A DNA stretch of 64,000 nt, taken from the NCBI GenBank assembly GCA_046344715.1, contig JBKDKX010000006.1, positions 96,826 through 160,825 of the forward strand. The letters run 5' to 3'. The notes beneath the pieces were generated by a model. The model saw only the letters and a program-made list of their open reading frames with translations. It searched no databases and was not told the origin of the DNA. This document shows positions 56,183 through 64,000 of the stretch, one piece after another (position 1 is the first letter of the stretch; the number at the start of each line of letters is the position of its first letter). The position numbers were made by a program, and so were the translations under genes. Source of the stretch: Alphaproteobacteria bacterium (GTDB lineage: Bacteria > Pseudomonadota > Alphaproteobacteria > Rickettsiales > SXRF01).

Positions 56183-57673
56183 TCATTTCACCGGCTTACC
56201 CTCACCAGGCAGCCCAAGTTTCTGCCATAAATCGGTAATTTTACTAACAACTTCCTGATTCATAGCAATTTTCTTACCCCATTCACGGCTGGTTTCTGGG
56301 GGTATTTTATCCGTAGCGTCTAAACCCGCCTTGCCCCCCATGCCAGATTCCGGCGAGGCGAAGTCCAAATAGTCAATCGGCGTGGCGTCAACTAGCGTAA
56401 TGTCCCGCACCGGATCCATACGCGTAGAAACCGCCCACATCACCTGTTTCCAGTCGCGTACATTAATATCATCATCCACCACAATTATCCATTTCGTATA
56501 GATAAACTGTCGCAGGTACGACCAAATCCCCATCATGATGCGCTTGGCATGTCCCGGATAGGCTTTTTTGATGGAAACCACGGCAATGCGATACGAACAT
56601 CCCTCCGGCGGAAGGTAAAAATCAACGATCTCAGGGAATTGCTGTTGTAATAATGGAATAAACACCTCATTAAGCGCCTCACCCAAAACCGATGGCTCAT
56701 CCGGAGGATGCCCGGTATGGGTAGATAAATAAATCGGGTTTTTGCGCATAGTAATGGCGGTGATGGTAAACACCGGAAATTTTTCCACCGAGTTATAATA
56801 GCCCGTGTGGTCACCGAATGGCCCTTCATCACCAAACTCATCGAGCGATACATAGCCTTCCAGCACAATTTCTGCCTCAGCTGGAACTTTCAGCGGCACG
56901 GTCTTGCAATCCACCAGTTCCACCTTATCGCCGCGCAGCAAGCCGGCATATTGATATTCACTCATCGTATCGGGCACAGGCGTTACTGCTGCAAGAATCG
57001 TCGCCGGATCACAACCAATGACCGCCGCAGCCGGAAGCGGCTGCCGCTTTTCCTTACCCCAACGCGCGTAATGCTGCGCACCACCGCGATGTTTTAACCA
57101 GCGCATAAGCGTGGTGTTTTTACCCGTCACCTGCAGGCGATATATACCTAAGTTAAAATTATCTTCAGCTTTATCCGAAGGCCCTTTAGTGACAATAAGA
57201 GGCCACGTAATCAGTGGCGCTGCATCTTCCGGCCAGCAGGTTTGAATAGGAAATTTTGCAAGGTCGATATCATCGCCAGTCAAGACTACTTCCTGACATG
57301 GCGCAGACTTTACCGTTTTAGGTTTCATCGCCATGGCCGATTTAAGGAGCGGCAATAATTCGAGTGCCTCACGCCAGCCTCCAGGCGGCTCAGGTTGGCG
57401 TAGAAACGCGAGTTTTTCACCCAACTCACGCAGTTCATGTGGCTCTCTCCCCATACCCCACGCCACACGCTCGATGGTGCCGAAGAGGTTGATGAGTACT
57501 GGCATTGAGTGACCTGTGACATTCTCAAACAGCACCGCCGGACCTTTTTCACTGATGAGGCGCGTACCTATCTCCGTCATCTCCAGATACGTGGATACAG
57601 GTTCTTTTACCCGTACCAGACGGCCAGTTTTTTCCAAGTGAGCAATGAAATCACGCAGAGAGTTATAGGTCAT
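56183..57673 (-). CDS. ubiD: 4-hydroxy-3-polyprenylbenzoate decarboxylase
   Basis: 496 aa. [22 protein letters not shown]...NLGIYRLQV...FGDHTGYY. Confidence 0.88.
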   Translation of the reverse strand: MTYNSLRDFIAHLEKTGRLVRVKEPVSTYLEMTEIGTRLISEKGPAVLFENVTGHSMPVLINLFGTIERVAWGMGREPHELRELGEKLAFLRQPEPPGGWREALELLPLLKSAMAMKPKTVKSAPCQEVVLTGDDIDLAKFPIQTCWPEDAAPLITWPLIVTKGPSDKAEDNFNLGIYRLQVTGKNTTLMRWLKHRGGAQHYARWGKEKRQPLPAAAVIGCDPATILAAVTPVPDTMSEYQYAGLLRGDKVELVDCKTVPLKVPAEAEIVLEGYVSLDEFGDEGPFGDHTGYYNSVEKFPVFTITAITMRKNPIYLSTHTGHPPDEPSVLGEALNEVFIPLLQQQFPEIVDFYLPPEGCSYRIAVVSIKKAYPGHAKRIMMGIWSYLRQFIYTKWIIVVDDDINVRDWKQVMWAVSTRMDPVRDITLVDATPIDYLDFASPESGMGGKAGLDATDKIPPETSREWGKKIAMNQEVVSKITDLWQKLGLPGEGKPVK

Positions 57674-57680
57674 AGAATTA

Positions 57681-58172
57681 CTATAAAAACTTTTCCATCA
57701 ATATGTCATCCACATAAGATCCATCAGCAAGTTTCATGATATGTTTTTCTGTGCCATACGGCTCGAAGCCAACGCTTTTATATAATGACACGACTTCAGG
57801 ATGTAAGGCATTTGCACTAAGTTGCAGCAATTCGATACCCATTTCCTGTGCCTTTAGTATGATTGCTTGCAACATGGCTTTAGCAATGCCCTTGCCCCGC
57901 ATCTCAGGCGTTACATATACAGGGCCAACGTTTGCCTTGTGTTTGAGTTTCATTGAATTATTCGGCATCATTCCGACAAACCCAATCATGGTTTTATCGT
58001 CGAACGCTCCGATCCAAGGACGCTCCATTGCTTTTTCGAAACGGTTTAGCGGCCAATTTACAGCTTCCTCATAGGCAAACAAAAAGCTCTCTGGATGCTC
58101 TTTGAGGCTACGCAGCCGTAGCCCTCTATAGTCTGCTGCATCTTGTTTGGTAAAAGCGCGAAAAGTAATCAT
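57681..58172 (-). CDS. GNAT-family N-acetyltransferase
   Basis: 163 aa. Acetyl-CoA loop [17 protein letters not shown], then ..[11 protein letters not shown]. Confidence 0.75.
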   Translation of the reverse strand: MITFRAFTKQDAADYRGLRLRSLKEHPESFLFAYEEAVNWPLNRFEKAMERPWIGAFDDKTMIGFVGMMPNNSMKLKHKANVGPVYVTPEMRGKGIAKAMLQAIILKAQEMGIELLQLSANALHPEVVSLYKSVGFEPYGTEKHIMKLADGSYVDDILMEKFL

Positions 58173-58480
58173 GCTTTTATCCTGAATTTCTCTCGTGCTT
58201 CCTGCATCTGAGCCTCAGATGAAAAATATTCCCACACGATACCATTTACATCTTTTTCTTCCCGTAAGGCTCTTTCAGCAGCATCCTCAAACCCAATGTG
58301 CCGCACCACACCCGCCTGCTGCCCTTCCTTGCAAGAAATAGTGAAGTTTAGCAGATCTGTTTTCCACAGTGCGTACCGCCCTTCCACCAGCACAACAGGC
58401 TTACAGCCCAACCGATTGCTATAATCTGCAACGGATGTCGCAAAATCAGAAACGGCAATGGAGATGTGGAAGCGTTTCAT
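58169..58480 (-). CDS. Small VOC (glyoxalase/bleomycin-resistance fold)-like protein, tentative
   Basis: 103 aa. MKRFHISIAVSDFATSVADYSNRLGCKP...HIGFE. It overlaps the GNAT start by 4 nt. Confidence 0.4.
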   Translation of the reverse strand: MKRFHISIAVSDFATSVADYSNRLGCKPVVLVEGRYALWKTDLLNFTISCKEGQQAGVVRHIGFEDAAERALREEKDVNGIVWEYFSSEAQMQEAREKFRIKA

Positions 58481-58537
58481 CTTTTTCTTTCATCATCTCC
58501 GTACAGGCGGAGATTTGGAGCTACACGCACATAATTA

Positions 58538-59290
58538 TCATGAGGCTCTAGACCCCGCAACAAGTGCGGGATGACACTTAGTGTACAACTCATAAAGGGC
58601 CACCGCAGCAGCATTGGATACATTCAGGCTTTCCATGCGGTCACTCATAGGTAGCTTCACCAGATAGTCACAATGTTCGGCAGTCAGGCGGCGCAACCCC
58701 TTGCCTTCTGCCCCCAGCACTAATGCTGTTTTATTATCGAGCTTGGCCTCACCGATGGTTTGTTTCGCATCACCATCCAGCCCAGCCACCCAATAGTCAT
58801 GTTTTTTTAGAGTTTCAATAGCTTGCGAAAGATTGGACACTGAAATAAGCGGTACAATTTCCAGTGCGCTGCTTGCCGTCTTTGCCATGATGCCAGATTC
58901 CGATGGTGCGTTCCTGTCGGTCACAATAACACAACCTGCATCAAAGGCTGCCGCCGAGCGCAGTATCGCGCCCACATTGTGGGGATCAGACACCTGATCT
59001 AAAAGCAATACCGGTTTTTTAATGCCTTCAGAGAGCCACTCATGTAGCGATGGCTGCTGAAGTGGCTCACACTCCACCGCAATACCCTGATGCACAGCAT
59101 CTTTTGGCAGTTGTGATTCCAGTTTGCCAGCATCCACCACCGACACCGTTTTAAGGCCAGCAAATACTCCCTCGCCTATTTCCTTACGGGTATTGGCCGT
59201 AACCAGCACACGTTTGATTTTACGCATGGGGTTAGCTATTGCGGCAAGGGCTGAATGCCTGCCATAGAGTATGTGGGGGCTTTTGCTCAT
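58538..59290 (-). CDS. rlmB: 23S rRNA (guanosine-2'-O-)-methyltransferase, SpoU/TrmH family (RlmB-like)
   Basis: 250 aa. LDQVSDPHNVGAILRSAAAF, LVLGAEGKGLR, ESLNVSNAAAVALYE. The last codons (HPALVAGSRAS) and the stop lie inside a palindromic repeat arm. Confidence 0.8.
   Translation of the reverse strand: MSKSPHILYGRHSALAAIANPMRKIKRVLVTANTRKEIGEGVFAGLKTVSVVDAGKLESQLPKDAVHQGIAVECEPLQQPSLHEWLSEGIKKPVLLLDQVSDPHNVGAILRSAAAFDAGCVIVTDRNAPSESGIMAKTASSALEIVPLISVSNLSQAIETLKKHDYWVAGLDGDAKQTIGEAKLDNKTALVLGAEGKGLRRLTAEHCDYLVKLPMSDRMESLNVSNAAAVALYELYTKCHPALVAGSRAS
58547..58575. repeat. Single arm of the family 1 palindromic element, overlapping the rlmB 3' end
   Basis: The reverse complement gtcatcccgcacttgttgcggggtcta resembles gtcatccctgcgcaggcggggtcta at 8077-8101. 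It contains an internal hairpin, cccgca/tgcggg. Confidence 0.6.
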
Positions 59291-59399
59291 AATTTTCTTA
59301 AGATAATCGGTATGTTAGTAAAAAGCTGATAAATAACCAAATTTGTCATATATCTGTAACAGAGTAGCGGTAATATGGAAGAACTTAATGTGAGGAAAC

Positions 59400-60185
59400 A
59401 TGCCGGAAAACAACCATAAAGAGAAGCTGCTCATATTCATTGTGGCCTATAACGCCTCAAAGCACATTGAAGGCGTATTTGACAGGATTCCTGCTTCTGT
59501 ATGGAATAAGTCCCTCGCCGAGGCCGACATACTCATGATCGATGACTGCTCACCTGACAATACATTTGAAGTAGCCAAAGCGTATGCAGCGCGCACCGGC
59601 AAGACAATTGATATTCAACGCAATGCCACCAATCAAGGCTATGGCGGCAACCAGAAAATCGGCTACCAATATGCCATCGATAAAGGATATGACGCCGTAG
59701 TACTACTGCATGGCGACGGGCAGTATGCCCCCGAACTCATCCCAACACTAGCCACGCCTGCTCTAAAAAATGAAGCAGATGTGGTGATCGGTTCACGCAT
59801 GATTGATAAGAAATCGGCGTTAAAAGGCGGCATGCCGAAATATAAATTCATCGGTAATATTGTGGTAACCGCCATGCAGAATATCATGCTTGGGGTGAAT
59901 CTATCCGAGTTCCATAGCGGCTATCGTGTCTATCGAACCGCTGCCTTGCGCGCTGTACCGTTTCAGGCGAATGCCGATTATTTCGATTTCGATACCGATA
60001 TTCTTATCCAGATGATCGATACACGGCAGCGTTTCCTCGAGATATCCATCCCCACGTTCTACGGCAGCGAAATCTGTCATGTGAACGGGCTGAAATATGT
60101 CAGCAAGATACTCTTCACCACCATGCTTTCGCGCCTGCAGCGCTTAGGCCTGTGCTATTTCAGGAAATTTGATTACAAGCGTTAG
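59400..60185 (+). CDS. Family 2 glycosyltransferase
   Basis: 261 aa. LLIFIVAYNASKHI..., MIDDCSPDNT, LLHGDGQY. Confidence 0.75.
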   Translation: MPENNHKEKLLIFIVAYNASKHIEGVFDRIPASVWNKSLAEADILMIDDCSPDNTFEVAKAYAARTGKTIDIQRNATNQGYGGNQKIGYQYAIDKGYDAVVLLHGDGQYAPELIPTLATPALKNEADVVIGSRMIDKKSALKGGMPKYKFIGNIVVTAMQNIMLGVNLSEFHSGYRVYRTAALRAVPFQANADYFDFDTDILIQMIDTRQRFLEISIPTFYGSEICHVNGLKYVSKILFTTMLSRLQRLGLCYFRKFDYKR

Positions 60186-62062
60186 TGTACAGAAATCAAC
60201 TCGCGACGAACCTTTTTCAGAAACTCCTCTGGGTCCTGGTAGTTAGGCGCATCAATAAATTTTTCGTAGATAGTTTTTACCGGAAATTTGAATAGCGCAG
60301 AATTCATCACGCATGGATGTTCCTTACCCGCCTGCACCGGCTCTGGATTATCGCAGGAAAATGCAAAACCCATTTTTTTAAACCGTGCGGCAGCATACAG
60401 TTCATTGGCAAGTTTCTCCTGAACATCAACGATGTTTTGCATATCCTGCGGATAACGTGCTCGTACCGCTGCTGGAATAATAATATTCAGATAGTTGCGA
60501 TAGGTAGGATCAATCACGATGGTCTTAACATTGGTGTGCTGAAGTCCCAAAATCCACACATTCTGCACGCCATTTAACATACCAAGGCGGTGCATTTCCT
60601 GAAACATGACCTGTACTTCACGTGGATCCATCAGAAACGCCTTCATGCGTAAATCGCTCGGGCTTATCATCATTCTTGGCTTATAGTCAGGAAACGTAGC
60701 CAGATGTTTGGTCAGCAATTGGTATTTGAGGTGTTCGCCCTTAGTCCATAAATGATAGGCAGAAGATAAATCCGTTATTACCACATCATTATTACCAACC
60801 TTATGTTCTAATATTTGCAGCATTTCATCTGTCTGTATTCTTGTTTGCTGGAATTCAGTAAGGCGCAACTGACGCCAGTGCTCCCCCTGCATGTAATAGC
60901 CGAATGATAACATGGCTGTACTGATGCTCAAAACCAGGACAACAGATAGATTGCCCAATTGTGGATATTTACCCACATAAACCGCGCAATGCCTGATGCC
61001 ATAATAAAACAACACCATGAATACTAGCAGCATTGCAATATTACGGCGCGGGGAAGAAAGCGGTACAATTCTGAACCAATAGAATGCGATAGTAACAGTC
61101 ACTATGATGATTATAAGCATCATAATATCTACAGCGCGCAGACGAGAAAGTGCTACCACGCCCACAATACTAAGAAATAACAATGCCAAAAGCGGAATAA
61201 CAATCAGCATCTCCGACTGCATGGCACCACCAATAAACCAAAAGAATCCTGCAATATTTATGTATTCCAGAAAGAATGTTACTATTTTTGCCAGCGTATG
61301 TATCAGCGGCTCTGTATCACGATTAAAGAAAATATGAGACTGGGTAAAATCAATGCCGCCAATCGATTTGAGTAATCCTGTGAACTGCCACAAATAGAAC
61401 AGCCAGAACAGGTGGATACCCCCCCATAAGATCAGCGGCAATATTTTTGAAGGAGCCTTACGGTAAATACTGTTAAGCAAGTGCAAGGCGGTAAACGCAA
61501 CTACAGGTGCAGCCGCAAACTCAGACAACAATGAAAGACTGGTAAAAATAAAATACAGGAGAATATAAAATAGCTTGGGATTTTCCTTGTAGCGATACAC
61601 GCTCCAGATAGCCAGCATACTAAACAGCAGCATTAGCGTATAACCGCGCACCACGTTCGACTGCTCAATCATCAAGCAGGAAAACGCCATAAAAAACGCA
61701 GCAAACAGACCACCATCTCTGCTTTGAAAAAGTTCTTTGCCCAAAAAATACCCAGCCGGAATACACAGCGTTCCGGTAATCAATGAAGGCATACGAGCCA
61801 TCCACGGATCATTCCAGATATTCAACAACCAGTGCCACAGGAAATATCCCAGTATAGGATGCCCATCCTCTGCAAGGTTTACATAGAAAACATCTGCTAA
61901 AGTAGGTTGCATGGCTACATATACATGCCAGATTTCATCATGATAATAATCCCACGCGCCCAAGCCATGGACTCGAGCAAAAACACCAGCTGCGGTAATC
62001 AGGAATAAAAGCAAAAACGTCTGGTAACGCTGCAGGAAACCTTGGTTATTTCCAGAGTTCAT
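60182..62062 (-). CDS. GT-C fold (family 39 / ArnT-PMT-like) membrane glycosyltransferase with a soluble C-terminal domain of about 230 aa
   Basis: 626 aa with more than 10 TM segments in the N-terminal 400 aa. The first loop carries YYHDEIWH (an acidic DE motif). Its stop overlaps the GT2 stop. Confidence 0.6.
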   Translation of the reverse strand: MNSGNNQGFLQRYQTFLLLFLITAAGVFARVHGLGAWDYYHDEIWHVYVAMQPTLADVFYVNLAEDGHPILGYFLWHWLLNIWNDPWMARMPSLITGTLCIPAGYFLGKELFQSRDGGLFAAFFMAFSCLMIEQSNVVRGYTLMLLFSMLAIWSVYRYKENPKLFYILLYFIFTSLSLLSEFAAAPVVAFTALHLLNSIYRKAPSKILPLILWGGIHLFWLFYLWQFTGLLKSIGGIDFTQSHIFFNRDTEPLIHTLAKIVTFFLEYINIAGFFWFIGGAMQSEMLIVIPLLALLFLSIVGVVALSRLRAVDIMMLIIIIVTVTIAFYWFRIVPLSSPRRNIAMLLVFMVLFYYGIRHCAVYVGKYPQLGNLSVVLVLSISTAMLSFGYYMQGEHWRQLRLTEFQQTRIQTDEMLQILEHKVGNNDVVITDLSSAYHLWTKGEHLKYQLLTKHLATFPDYKPRMMISPSDLRMKAFLMDPREVQVMFQEMHRLGMLNGVQNVWILGLQHTNVKTIVIDPTYRNYLNIIIPAAVRARYPQDMQNIVDVQEKLANELYAAARFKKMGFAFSCDNPEPVQAGKEHPCVMNSALFKFPVKTIYEKFIDAPNYQDPEEFLKKVRRELISVH

Positions 62063-62083
62063 GCGGCGTTACCAGAGTATCAA

Positions 62084-64000
<1,917 letters not shown>

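Overview
The window looks like an alphaproteobacterial chromosome segment. This call rests on conserved gene order: fabD-fabG-acpP-fabF-mltG, rpsF-rpsR-rplI-dnaB-alr, secA-PPIase-argJ-mutT, radA-cvpA-purF, and the 3' part of rpoC at the right edge. I call about 65 protein genes and one tRNA-Ile(GAU). I saw no rRNA, CRISPR array, transposase or integrase. All product calls come from reading the supplied translations and my own hand translations for motifs. No database search was run, so family names are recollections to be verified. The housekeeping backbone is interrupted by short, visibly AT-richer inserts of orphan genes. Six places deserve a second look. (1) metH is split into two genes, with a rhodanese and a voltage-sensor K+ channel packed between the halves. 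(2) An accessory cluster at 47-53 kb holds a cytochrome P450, a FAD-linked oxidase, a TonB-dependent receptor and a LuxI/N-acyl-amino-acid-synthase-like acyltransferase. (3) A tight four-gene operon after alr has a fused GTA-type tail-chaperone homologue, two paralogous membrane-anchored proteins and a 307-aa protein with DAFRHAY and MDxxNNxxG motifs. (4) An ORF6N/KilA-N-type gene sits precisely between mlaE and mlaF. (5) Several families of small palindromic elements end in GTCAT...ATGAC. Some create artefactual ORF extensions, some supply a gene's last codons, and some could sequester start codons. (6) Convergent genes repeatedly share or abut their stop codons. Many long ORFs in the track are antisense shadows of real genes. 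Several track ORFs start too far upstream, and I give corrected starts.
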